Positions 7,141-15,858 of a stretch of DNA of 32,000 nt are shown here, one piece after another (the stretch's first letter is position 1; every line of letters begins with the position of its first letter). Source of the DNA: Opitutales bacterium (GTDB lineage: Bacteria > Verrucomicrobiota > Verrucomicrobiia > Opitutales > PNEW01); NCBI GenBank assembly GCA_965219535.1, contig CBDCNV010000001.1, positions 600,001 through 632,000 of the forward strand, in the 5' to 3' direction. The notes below the pieces were generated by a model. The model did not search any database, was not told where the DNA came from, and saw only the letters and a program-made list of their open reading frames with translations. The translations under genes were made by a program, and so were the position numbers.

Positions 7141-9939
7141 ATGTATAAAACAAAAAAACAAAATTCACTATACACTAAACTTGAATTACTTTTAACGCTG
7201 TTCATCATTGCCTGTCCACTCTCTCTAATCGGAAAGAAGGCCTGGGTCCACAGCGGATTCGACGATTTTTCCCGCGGCCATTTCGAAAATGCCGGTAACA
7301 ATCTTTACGTGAATGCCAAGGGGGTGATTGAAATAATTAATCATTTCGATGTTAACCACGATGGCTATGTCGACATTATTTTCGCCAACTCGCACGACCA
7401 CGTCGAGCGGGGGCCCACCTGGGCGTATACCGTCGAAAAAAGTCCCGGAGAAAATTGGAAGCGACATGAGATGTCAGGGGATAGTGGATGGATGAGCCGG
7501 GTGATCGATGTAGACGGCGATGGTTATAACGACTTAGTGACCGTAAACGCTCATAACGGTGTCACCGCCGAACTGCCTTCATATATATATTGGAGTGGGC
7601 CGAGCGGAATGGAAGAAAGTCGAACGGTTATTCCGACAATAGGGGCCCACGATGTCGTGGCGATGGATATTAACCACGATGGGCGCCTGGACTTGCTTTT
7701 CCCTTCAGCCTGGGTAGATGCCCACAATCCGTCGATACCGAGGCCCATTCATGTCTATATCCAGGGAGAGGACCGCGGGTTTCGCGATGAGAAAGAACGT
7801 TACGGCATCATTTCCACAGGGGCGACCGGGATTGCGACTGCCGATTTAAACAATGATGGTTACCTGGAAATTGTATTGGCCAATTATCGAAGTGGTGCGC
7901 GCGGTTATTTAGACACCGATTCGAAAATATTCTGGGGGACTGAGGAGGGTGTAAATACGGAAGAACCTTTTTACTTGCCCACCCATGGGGCACGCCAGGT
8001 CATACTGGAAGATTTAAACGGTGACGGCAGTAAAGACATTATATTCAGTGGTGGCGGCCAGGTGCGCATCTACTGGAATGATGAAGGGAAATATAATCGT
8101 GAGAACCCGCTGATTATTATAGCGAAGGGGCTGAGCACGACATTCACGAGGGAAGCTGTTCGTGTCGAGGTGTCGGATGTAGATGCGGATGGTATTCTCG
8201 ACCTGATTGTCGCTACTGCTGAGGGCGTGGAAATTCGCTCCGGAGACAATGTGGAAACAGTGAAAGCTCTCATTGCGGTGACGAACGGCCGTTGGGTGAC
8301 AGCAGCTGATCTCGATGGGGACAGTCTCCCAGAGCTGATTGTCAGTAGGCAATATGATGACAACGATTATAGAATCAAGTCACCGATTCTTTGGAATGGA
8401 CCCGATGGTTATTCGATTGAACGGGCAAGTTGGGTTTCGACTATCGGTGTGGTGGGTAACACTGTTGGTGACCTCGACGGGGATGGTAAACAGGAAGTGA
8501 TCTTCAATAATTACATGAATGGACATGTATACTCCGTACCCTCCTACATTTATTTAGGAAATGACGATGCAGACTATGGCGTGGGAAATCGGCTGGTGTT
8601 CCCTAATGATCAATCAAATAGATCGCTCGTCGCTGACTTGGATCTGGATGGTTATCCGGATTTAGTGTTCGATAAAGATCTAGAATATAACGACCCTGAA
8701 GGGTTTATTCGTATTTACACTAGTACCCCCGAGGGCCCAGACCCGGATAAATATATCGATATCGACACCGGGCATACCCATTTTGATATCGATATCGCCG
8801 ATTTCAACAGGGATGGCTATCTCGACCTTTTCGTGACAACCGCGGTGGTAAGATTGACCGATGATCCCAAGCAATCGTCGATCATTTATTATGGGTCAGC
8901 GAGCGGGTATTCAAATGAGCGCGTCGATCGTTTAAAAAACTTTGGATACCGCAGCAAAATCGGGGATGTTAATAACGATGGGTATATTGATATAGCGTTA
9001 CATGATAAACGTGATTATATTTTAATCTATCTGGGCGACACCGATGGTTATTCCAACAGTCACACCTGGAAAATCCCTTGTTATGGAATTGGTGACTCCG
9101 GAACCATAAATTTTGCTGATATGAACAAGGATGGCTGGCTTGATATGATAATTGGTATACAAGGTCATCGTCTGCGCTATAAAGGCACGATCCGCGTTTT
9201 CTTCGGCAGTCCCAATGGTTATGATACCGAAAATGTTCAGGAATATTTCGGTGCTTACAGCGCCAATAAAACGGGTGTGGCGGATTTAAATAATGACGGA
9301 AACCTCGATCTCTTAGTCACAGCCTATGGCACGCCTACTTCACGTGTTTCTAACGCACAACTATTCTGGGGTGATGGTAATAAACTCGATTTTGAAAATC
9401 CCGTTAATTTTTCCGCCCATGGTTCCGCTGATGTGATGCCAATGGATCTCAATAGAGATGGCTGGAAAGATATCGTGTGGGCCGCTCACCGGAGTGATGT
9501 TGGGCACCAGGTGGATTCTTATATTTACTGGAATAGCCCGGATGGGTTCTTTACGACAGAGCCGACGGGATTACCCGCGTTGGGGCCCCATGGAATGTAT
9601 CCCTACGATCATGGCAATGCCTTTACGAGAAAGCCCGAAGAAAATTATTTTTCCCCTCCCTACGATTTAGGAAAACGTAAGGCGCGCAGAATACATTGGG
9701 ATGCCGAGGAAACGGATCTTTTGAAAATAAAATTTCAACTTCGTGGGAGCGAAACGGAAGAGGGATTGAACAGTGCACTGTGGATCGGCCCCGATGGAGA
9801 GGAGACCTATTATGAAACTTCAGGTGAAACTATCAGGGGTATGTCAAAAAAAGCTCAATGGTTACAATACAAGGCAACATTCGTTTCCCCTTACGGCTGC
9901 GGCTCCCCCAAACTTAAAGAAGTACGGATTGACTTATAA
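7141..9939 (+). CDS. Secreted FG-GAP/VCBS repeat protein with 14 repeats, probably two 7-bladed beta-propellers
   Basis: The N-terminus has a hydrophobic signal (LELLLTLFIIACPLSLIG). I counted 14 Ca-binding-type D-x-(D/N)-x-D-G-x-x-(D/E) motifs, from DVNHDGYVDI and DVDGDGYNDL through to DLNRDGWKDI. Confidence 0.85.
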   Translation: MYKTKKQNSLYTKLELLLTLFIIACPLSLIGKKAWVHSGFDDFSRGHFENAGNNLYVNAKGVIEIINHFDVNHDGYVDIIFANSHDHVERGPTWAYTVEKSPGENWKRHEMSGDSGWMSRVIDVDGDGYNDLVTVNAHNGVTAELPSYIYWSGPSGMEESRTVIPTIGAHDVVAMDINHDGRLDLLFPSAWVDAHNPSIPRPIHVYIQGEDRGFRDEKERYGIISTGATGIATADLNNDGYLEIVLANYRSGARGYLDTDSKIFWGTEEGVNTEEPFYLPTHGARQVILEDLNGDGSKDIIFSGGGQVRIYWNDEGKYNRENPLIIIAKGLSTTFTREAVRVEVSDVDADGILDLIVATAEGVEIRSGDNVETVKALIAVTNGRWVTAADLDGDSLPELIVSRQYDDNDYRIKSPILWNGPDGYSIERASWVSTIGVVGNTVGDLDGDGKQEVIFNNYMNGHVYSVPSYIYLGNDDADYGVGNRLVFPNDQSNRSLVADLDLDGYPDLVFDKDLEYNDPEGFIRIYTSTPEGPDPDKYIDIDTGHTHFDIDIADFNRDGYLDLFVTTAVVRLTDDPKQSSIIYYGSASGYSNERVDRLKNFGYRSKIGDVNNDGYIDIALHDKRDYILIYLGDTDGYSNSHTWKIPCYGIGDSGTINFADMNKDGWLDMIIGIQGHRLRYKGTIRVFFGSPNGYDTENVQEYFGAYSANKTGVADLNNDGNLDLLVTAYGTPTSRVSNAQLFWGDGNKLDFENPVNFSAHGSADVMPMDLNRDGWKDIVWAAHRSDVGHQVDSYIYWNSPDGFFTTEPTGLPALGPHGMYPYDHGNAFTRKPEENYFSPPYDLGKRKARRIHWDAEETDLLKIKFQLRGSETEEGLNSALWIGPDGEETYYETSGETIRGMSKKAQWLQYKATFVSPYGCGSPKLKEVRIDL

Positions 9940-9945
9940 TTTCAT

Positions 9946-10179
9946 CTTCGTTTTCGTCTGCCTCATCGTCTTCGTCCCGGAATTGATAGCTACTACAGAG
10001 CGTAGCAAGATCGTCTAATAGCACATAAACAGTATTTTTGAGTAAACCATTTATCCTCTAAATATTTATCTATCGTGTATTCATGCTTCGAAATGGACGC
10101 GACGGAGCGCGTCCCTCCATTTTATTCTCTTGTATTAAATATTAAAACGACGAAGACGATGAGGCAGACGAAGACGAAG
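9946..10179. repeat. Long inverted-repeat element: 31-bp arms matching at 30/31 positions, with a 172-bp interior
   Basis: Left arm CTTCGTTTTCGTCTGCCTCATCGTCTTCGTC at 9946-9976. Right arm GACGAAGACGATGAGGCAGACGAAGACGAAG at 10149-10179. It starts 7 nt after the stop codon of the FG-GAP gene. It is related to the element at 27515-27608. Confidence 0.85.
10095..10114 (+). terminator. Candidate intrinsic terminator hairpin inside the inverted-repeat element
   Basis: GGACGCG-ACGGAG-CGCGTCC gives a 7-bp GC-rich stem, followed by CTCCATTTTATTC. It lies downstream of the 7141..9939 gene. Confidence 0.35.
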
Positions 10180-10260
10180 CTTTTGGGGATGTGATTGACT
10201 ATACATAGCTTGGAAATTAATTTCTTAGTGTTGACTTCCTAATTCCCCCAAGGAACCCGC

Positions 10261-12468
10261 ATGTATGCTAATAAATCGATTTTAGCGCTTATAATATCCG
10301 TATGTATTCCTCTTCTGCTCATCGCTTTACCGGAAGAGCTCGAGATATTTACGGATTTCGAAGACATTAGTGGAGAAGGTGAATTTTTCATCGGGGAAGA
10401 GCCAAACAGGGTCAAGTTAGTCGGGTTCACAGTAGAGACTTTAGAAGATCCGGCGCTTTTACACTCGGGAACAAAAGCGATAACTCTCGGACCCGGTGAA
10501 GAGGGGAGAATCGTATCGGAAAGAGGTATCCAACAGATCCAATTTTATGCGGGTGAATCGACGGGCGCGGGCAAGATTGAGTTTAGGGGAAAAATCAATG
10601 CAACCAGTTCCTCCTCCGGTCTAGAAGCGATAACCGTTATCGCGGACAATGGTGTCGTGGAAGGACTGCCGACCTCGATCAGCCCGGGAGCCAACCCTCC
10701 CTTGCACAGTTTTGTTTCCGACAGCAATATTTTTACTGACACAAGCGATTTTGATTTTCTCGATGGGATAGAAGAAATGAAGGTCTTCAATGTTTCGGGA
10801 AAATTTTCCCTCGACGACCTGGGTGTCACCCTCACGGACAGGCCCTCCAATAATACAATCTATACCACTTTTGAAGAATTTGGTGTAGGTGAAGGCATAT
10901 CCGCCCCGATTGTTATTGGAGAATCTCCATTCAGCGCCACCTTTGAAAATGGTTTTATCGGTGCAGGTAATCTTATTCGTTCGGGGCTTTTTGCTTACCA
11001 GATATTTAATGGAGAAACATCAACGATCACTTTTGAAACGCCAGCCTATGAGGTGGATTTTTTCGGGGGAACGATTGTTCTTGCGGGCGGCACCGACCCC
11101 GATACCTCGCTTGAAGTTTACGATACGAATGAGAACCTGATCGCGACGTTTACCAATTTTGATGGAGATATAAAACCCGAATTTAAACCCAGTTTTATAA
11201 CGATCAATGCGGTCGAATTGGGTGCCCCGGGTGGCATTAGCAGGCTTGTTTTAATAGATGATCCCAATATAAACCCTGCCTTTAGCCGAAGCAGTATTGA
11301 CGACTTCGGGTATACTCCCCTCGGTGCCCCGGGTACTGGATCCGAGGGTCCCCCACCTGCTGATGTTCCCGCAATTACCAACCAGCCGGTAAGCCAGGAA
11401 GTTGCATCAGGCGCTTCGACAAGCTTGTCTGTCACCGCTAGCGGTGACGATCTTACTTACCAGTGGTATACCGGCAACAGCGGGGACACCGCCAACCCCG
11501 TCGCCGGCGCCAGCGGAAGCACCTTAACTACGAGTGCTCTCACCACAAGCACAAGCTTTTGGGTACAGATTACTAACGCAGGTGGGACTGCTGACAGCGA
11601 TACCGCGGTTATCACGGTGGCAGCGCCCTCCGTGCCCCTCGTCCTTGACGGCTCTGGTGATATCGCCGGTGAAAATATCCAGCATCCTAACGGTAACGTC
11701 TTCGACCAGATTTTACTCACCGGTGAATCCATCCAGCTTCAGGCGAGACCGGGACAAATAACACGCGTCTCCTTCATGGATGAAACCGAGGACATTGTAC
11801 AGATAGAGTTTTCAGGCGCCGGTACTTTTACCGTGACGCTGGCACCGGGAACTTTCCTGCCTCCGGCCATTCCCCCGCGCTACAACCAGGCAGTAGAGTA
11901 CGTGACCGGCAAACCGAGCGTGGTTATCGATGGCGCCGACGCGAATACCTTCTTCAGTATCTTCACCGTAGGTTCAATTAACGCGGTGAACCAGGCATTG
12001 TTTCCCGAGGGACAGGTCTATGATGCTCAAGCGGACGTGACCCTCGTCGAAGTGATCAACTCTACGGGAATGGGAGGGATGCAGTTATCGAACACCGTTT
12101 TCAGTGGAAGCACGGGCAAGGTAGGCGTCGATGCGAGCGGAGTACCGATCGCGGTGCGTTTAACGGTCGGTGACATCGATGCCAGTGGTGATGCGGTGCC
12201 CCACCTCTTGTTCGATGAGGGATCTTTCACCGTAGCGGCTGGCAATCCCGGCTTGAGAATCACGGGAGGCGATCTGGTGCAGACGAACGGCGCTTCAATC
12301 GTAGTCGCTGAAAGCGGATCTACGACGACGGGGTTTGAAACATTAATAACCCAGAACAACTTCAAATCCGACAATACTCCTCAACCGACACAGAGTATTA
12401 ACGCGACCTTCGCCAACGCGGATGGTGTGGAAATTAATATTACAGTAGATGAGATCACGATTGAGTGA
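10261..12468 (+). CDS. Secreted surface protein with an Ig-like domain
   Basis: Signal peptide MYANKSILALIISVCIPLLLIA. The central segment ITNQPVSQEVASGASTSLSVTASGDDLTYQWYTGNSGDTANPVAGASGSTLTTSALTTSTSFWVQITNAGGTADSDTAVITV follows the bacterial Ig-like (I-set-like) repeat pattern. The rest is Gly/Thr/Ser-rich and looks like beta structure. Confidence 0.6.
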   Translation: MYANKSILALIISVCIPLLLIALPEELEIFTDFEDISGEGEFFIGEEPNRVKLVGFTVETLEDPALLHSGTKAITLGPGEEGRIVSERGIQQIQFYAGESTGAGKIEFRGKINATSSSSGLEAITVIADNGVVEGLPTSISPGANPPLHSFVSDSNIFTDTSDFDFLDGIEEMKVFNVSGKFSLDDLGVTLTDRPSNNTIYTTFEEFGVGEGISAPIVIGESPFSATFENGFIGAGNLIRSGLFAYQIFNGETSTITFETPAYEVDFFGGTIVLAGGTDPDTSLEVYDTNENLIATFTNFDGDIKPEFKPSFITINAVELGAPGGISRLVLIDDPNINPAFSRSSIDDFGYTPLGAPGTGSEGPPPADVPAITNQPVSQEVASGASTSLSVTASGDDLTYQWYTGNSGDTANPVAGASGSTLTTSALTTSTSFWVQITNAGGTADSDTAVITVAAPSVPLVLDGSGDIAGENIQHPNGNVFDQILLTGESIQLQARPGQITRVSFMDETEDIVQIEFSGAGTFTVTLAPGTFLPPAIPPRYNQAVEYVTGKPSVVIDGADANTFFSIFTVGSINAVNQALFPEGQVYDAQADVTLVEVINSTGMGGMQLSNTVFSGSTGKVGVDASGVPIAVRLTVGDIDASGDAVPHLLFDEGSFTVAAGNPGLRITGGDLVQTNGASIVVAESGSTTTGFETLITQNNFKSDNTPQPTQSINATFANADGVEINITVDEITIE

Positions 12469-12472
12469 ATCA

Positions 12473-12504
12473 ATTGCCGATCGCCGATTGCCGATTTACG
12501 ATTG
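12473..12504. repeat. CCGAT-rich short-repeat tract directly after a stop codon
   Basis: ATTGCCGATCGCCGATTGCCGATTTACGATTG. The inverse-complement 13-mer AATCGGCAATCGG occurs at 14121-14133, and similar CGATT strings occur at 15851-15858, 15898-15912, 6402-6408 and 6426-6432. Confidence 0.4.
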
Positions 12505-12624
12505 AATCTAACTGTATTCATATATAATACTAATCATCTTAATCACCTACTTGTTATTGCGAGAAGCAACGCGGTGAGAAAAAAATGATTCATAATGTCA
12601 GACCAATAACTCAGGAGGAAAAAC

Positions 12625-13416
12625 ATGTCAGGTAAGCTGGAAGGTAAAGTCGCTATCATCACGGGTGGAAACAGTGGCATCGGTGCCACGACGGCGCATT
12701 TGTTTGCAAAAGAAGGCGCAAAGGTGGCGTTGATGGCAAGACGAGAGGAAGAGGGAAAAGAAGTCGAGGGATCCATAAGAAGCGAGGGTGGTGACGCCAC
12801 CTACATTCAGTGTGATGTCTCGATCACGAGCTCGGCGAACGCGGCCGTAGCCAAGGCTGTTGAAACTTATGGCGGGATTGACATCCTGTTTAACAATGCA
12901 GGCTTTGGCTCGGGCCAGGCATTCCCTGATGAAACTGATGAGAATTGGGAAGCCATAATCAGCGTGAACATGGGCGGAACATTCCATATGTGCCGAGCGG
13001 CCTGGCCGCACCTTATCAAAGCGGGTGGCGCCGCGGTCGTAAACATGTCTTCACTGGCCGCCCAACGCGGTTTCAGTAAAAAGATGCGGGACATAGCAGG
13101 GACGACTTCGATGTCCTACTACGCCGCGAAAGCCGGTGTCGATGCGATAACTCGTTATCTTGCGGGCGTGGGCGGCGAACACAAGATCCGGGTAAACTGT
13201 GTGAGACCTGGGCAGATCATCACCCCTGGCGCAACTCGCGGCGGGAGCCAGGAGACACACGTCTTCAAAGACGCCTTTGACACATTCCAGATCCTGGACG
13301 GACCCGGTCAACCGGAAGATGTTGCCAATGTAATCCTGTTCCTGGCATGCGATGACTCCAGGTTCTTGACTGGTGTGCATATCAATATCGACGGTGGTGT
13401 TGCAGCAAAGCTTTAG
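12625..13416 (+). CDS. Short-chain dehydrogenase/reductase (SDR family oxidoreductase)
   Basis: AGGAGGA ribosome-binding site 6 nt upstream. TGGNSGIG cofactor motif, NNAG, and the catalytic YYAAK (YxxxK). Confidence 0.9.
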   Translation: MSGKLEGKVAIITGGNSGIGATTAHLFAKEGAKVALMARREEEGKEVEGSIRSEGGDATYIQCDVSITSSANAAVAKAVETYGGIDILFNNAGFGSGQAFPDETDENWEAIISVNMGGTFHMCRAAWPHLIKAGGAAVVNMSSLAAQRGFSKKMRDIAGTTSMSYYAAKAGVDAITRYLAGVGGEHKIRVNCVRPGQIITPGATRGGSQETHVFKDAFDTFQILDGPGQPEDVANVILFLACDDSRFLTGVHINIDGGVAAKL

Positions 13417-13576
13417 GGCTTTGACTACTTACCTTATCCTCCTCTGTTATCGCCATTGAAGCGGAGAACACAAAGCTGTAGGAGAACATATTCGATTAGC
13501 CATTTGACTTTCTCTCATTATAACGGGGTCTATCTTGATAGACTTTTTGGCTAATCTAATCTTAGCCAATTAACCT

Positions 13577-13987
13577 ATGGACGATCTCAGCATAGCATTC
13601 AAATTGAACGATCAGGTGATAACTTTCTGGCAGTTCTATGTTGCTTGGACGGCAGGTGTAATCGGTTGGGTTTTCGCTCGGGAAAGCGCGTGGTCATCCC
13701 ATAAAAGAATAGGGATTGGGTTGGGTGTTCTCATATTTAACATATTTAATATTTCAGGTTTAATTAGAACTTCCTCCAGCCTTTCTAAAGTAATGAGTGC
13801 GATGAGAGATGAAGCCTATAAACTATCGCCAGACGTCTCAGAGCCAGTCTTTCAGGCTGCCTTGACAAGGTTATCGACGGGCGATTGGTATCTGCAAATA
13901 GGGCCACATATTCTTGCTGACCTAATTGTTTTGTATTTCATTTTTATTGTGGCCAAAAAAGAGCCATCTGCTGCCAAGGTAAATTAG
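13577..13987 (+). CDS. Hypothetical integral membrane protein
   Basis: A 136-aa ORF with 3-4 hydrophobic segments (FWQFYVAWTAGVIGWVF, IGIGLGVLIFNIFNISGLI, ILADLIVLYFIFIVA). No motif recognised. Confidence 0.5.
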   Translation: MDDLSIAFKLNDQVITFWQFYVAWTAGVIGWVFARESAWSSHKRIGIGLGVLIFNIFNISGLIRTSSSLSKVMSAMRDEAYKLSPDVSEPVFQAALTRLSTGDWYLQIGPHILADLIVLYFIFIVAKKEPSAAKVN

Positions 13988-14075
13988 TTCGGGCATTACC
14001 CCAGCTTACAAAAACGCTCTCATCACTTGTTAGCACTCGGGAACTCTAAGTTACAGAGCTTAGTAGGGACTGTCT

Positions 14076-14133
14076 TCTCAATCGACTACCGAGGACGATG
14101 TCCACCATCCCTCAATCAGCAATCGGCAATCGG
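14076..14133. repeat. Solo unit of the 15859-16090 repeat family
   Basis: TCTCAATCGACTACCGAGGACGATGTCCACCATCCCTCAATCAGCAATCGGCAATCGG shares TCAATCGACTACCGAG and CATCCCTCAATC with 16036-16059. Confidence 0.6.
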
Positions 14134-14226
14134 AAATTTAACGCTGGTTGACACACGGAGCGCGCCAGTAATAGTCTAACTCGATCTCATTTGTGCAAAC
14201 TGCACATTAAGCAGAAGCGATCAGTC

Positions 14227-15846
14227 ATGGAACGTAAGCTAACGGCTATACTCAGCCCTGATGTCGAGGGTTGCAGTCGTCGCATGGGTGATGACGAGGA
14301 GATGACATTGAAGACGCTGACGGAATATCAAGAGGTGATGGGTAGCCTCATTGAGAAGCACGGGCACCCTTCAGTTTTGATTAGGATGATGTTCGTTCTC
14401 TTTCTCCTTCTAAGTTTTATTTTATTTTCCGGGTTTCGCAATGTTCTTAAATCCCCGAAAAGTCAAAAGATTGACCTGCCAATAAAACCTTCTATCGCCG
14501 TGCTCCCGTTCCTCGACTTGAGCCCGGAAAAGGATCAGGAATACTTCAGCGATGGGATAGCAGAGGAAATCTTAAATACCTTAACGACAGTCGAAGGGTT
14601 GCGTGTCGTGGCTCGAACTTCCTCCTTCGCATTCAAAGAAAGAAATAAAGACATTCCCTCCATTGGTGAAAGACTCAATGTCGACTACGTGCTTGAAGGA
14701 GGCGTGCGAAAAGCAGGAAACAACATCCGGATTACAGCCCAGCTTATCAATGTTGCCGATGGCTTCCAACATTGGTCTGAGAAATACGACCGAGAGCTAA
14801 CGAGCGTCTTCGCTATTCAGGATGAAATTTCACAGGCGATTGCCACAGCACTTCAGGTTGAGATCATCGGTGAAGCGGGTAATCCTCTAGTTAAGTCTTC
14901 GACTACAAACATCGAAGCCTATGATCATTACCTTTTTGGTCGTTACCATTGGATGAAGCGGACCGCGAAAGGATTAACTACAGCGATCGAACACTTCGAA
15001 CAGGCCATTGCCATCGATCCCAACTACGCCCTTGCATACTCTGGCCTTGCGGATGTTTATCTTGTCCTCCCTGCCTATGTTCCCAATAGCGATAGAGCCA
15101 CTATTAAGGCACGTGCTGAAGAAGCGGTAAAAAAAGCACTGGCGATCAACCCCCACCTTGCCGAGGCTCATACATCCTTGGGGTATACCGGGGAGACTTT
15201 CCACTTTGACTATAAGGGCGCCGAAATTGAGTATCGACGTGCAATCGAACTTAACCGAAAATATGCGCCGGCGTATTACAGGTATTCGTTCCTTCTTCTG
15301 TTCACCGGGCGCTTGGAAGAGGCAATAGCAAAGGGAAGAAAGGCACTGGAACTGGAGCCTTTTTCACTCTTCTACAACCATCATCTTGGATTTACACATT
15401 ATTATGCGCGGCACTATGACACAGCTATTCTAATCTTTGAAAGCACGTTGGAACTGGACCCGAACTACCATTATACATGGGAATACATGGGGCTTACGTT
15501 TCTTTTTAAAGAAAGGTTTGAGGATGCTGCGCACGCATTGAATCGCTGGGCTGAACTTACAGGTATAGATAAAGAAGTGTTGAAGCTTTATGTATCGCTC
15601 GTCGAGAAGCATGCTCGAACGGGTGAGCCCATTGCTTATCCACCAAAATTGGAATCTGTGTTTCCCTATTATTTCTACACCTTTTTAGGCAATAAGGAAC
15701 GAAACTTAGATGCGATTGAACAAGCCTTTGAAGAGGATAATTATTATTTTCTCTTTTCACCAGAATATGACTTCCTTCGATCAGAGCCCCGTTTCATCGC
15801 GCTTGAGCAAAAACGAAAGCAAGTTTTAGGATTGGAGAAAGAGTAA
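14227..15846 (+). CDS. Membrane-anchored TolB-N-like plus TPR protein, a paralog of 21588..23672 that keeps only a roughly 45-aa remnant of the class III cyclase domain
   Basis: About two thirds of the roughly 450 C-terminal residues look identical to the 694-aa cyclase protein by eye (SIAVLPF..., RITAQLINVADGF, AIQDEIS, NYALAYSGLAD, RWAEL.GIDK, GEP..YPPKLESVFP). The N-terminus ERKLTAILSPDVEGCSRRMGDDEEMTLKTL...IEKHG matches only the first strand and helix of a cyclase homology domain and then runs straight into the TM helix. ATG 14227 is preferred over the TTG at 14191. Confidence 0.75.
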   Translation: MERKLTAILSPDVEGCSRRMGDDEEMTLKTLTEYQEVMGSLIEKHGHPSVLIRMMFVLFLLLSFILFSGFRNVLKSPKSQKIDLPIKPSIAVLPFLDLSPEKDQEYFSDGIAEEILNTLTTVEGLRVVARTSSFAFKERNKDIPSIGERLNVDYVLEGGVRKAGNNIRITAQLINVADGFQHWSEKYDRELTSVFAIQDEISQAIATALQVEIIGEAGNPLVKSSTTNIEAYDHYLFGRYHWMKRTAKGLTTAIEHFEQAIAIDPNYALAYSGLADVYLVLPAYVPNSDRATIKARAEEAVKKALAINPHLAEAHTSLGYTGETFHFDYKGAEIEYRRAIELNRKYAPAYYRYSFLLLFTGRLEEAIAKGRKALELEPFSLFYNHHLGFTHYYARHYDTAILIFESTLELDPNYHYTWEYMGLTFLFKERFEDAAHALNRWAELTGIDKEVLKLYVSLVEKHARTGEPIAYPPKLESVFPYYFYTFLGNKERNLDAIEQAFEEDNYYFLFSPEYDFLRSEPRFIALEQKRKQVLGLEKE

Positions 15847-15858
15847 TTTGCGATTACC

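Noticed and set aside
10195-10223. Sigma-70-like promoter TTGACT-N17-TAATTT upstream of the 10261 gene
   Set aside because: It is a plausible match, but such hexamers are common in AT-rich intergenic DNA, and the promoter consensus of this presumably non-proteobacterial organism is unknown to me. It is not reported as a feature.
7225-12374. Numerous 60-115 aa antisense or out-of-frame ORFs inside the two large secreted-protein genes
   Set aside because: They all overlap long, motif-rich ORFs on the plus strand, and their products are low-complexity Ser/Pro/Arg/Thr-rich.
14191-14226. TTG start giving the 12-aa extension MCKLHIKQKRSV on the degenerate cyclase paralog
   Set aside because: The in-frame ATG at 14227 begins exactly where the homology to cyclase-domain N-termini (ERKLTAIL...) starts, so the extension is probably not translated.
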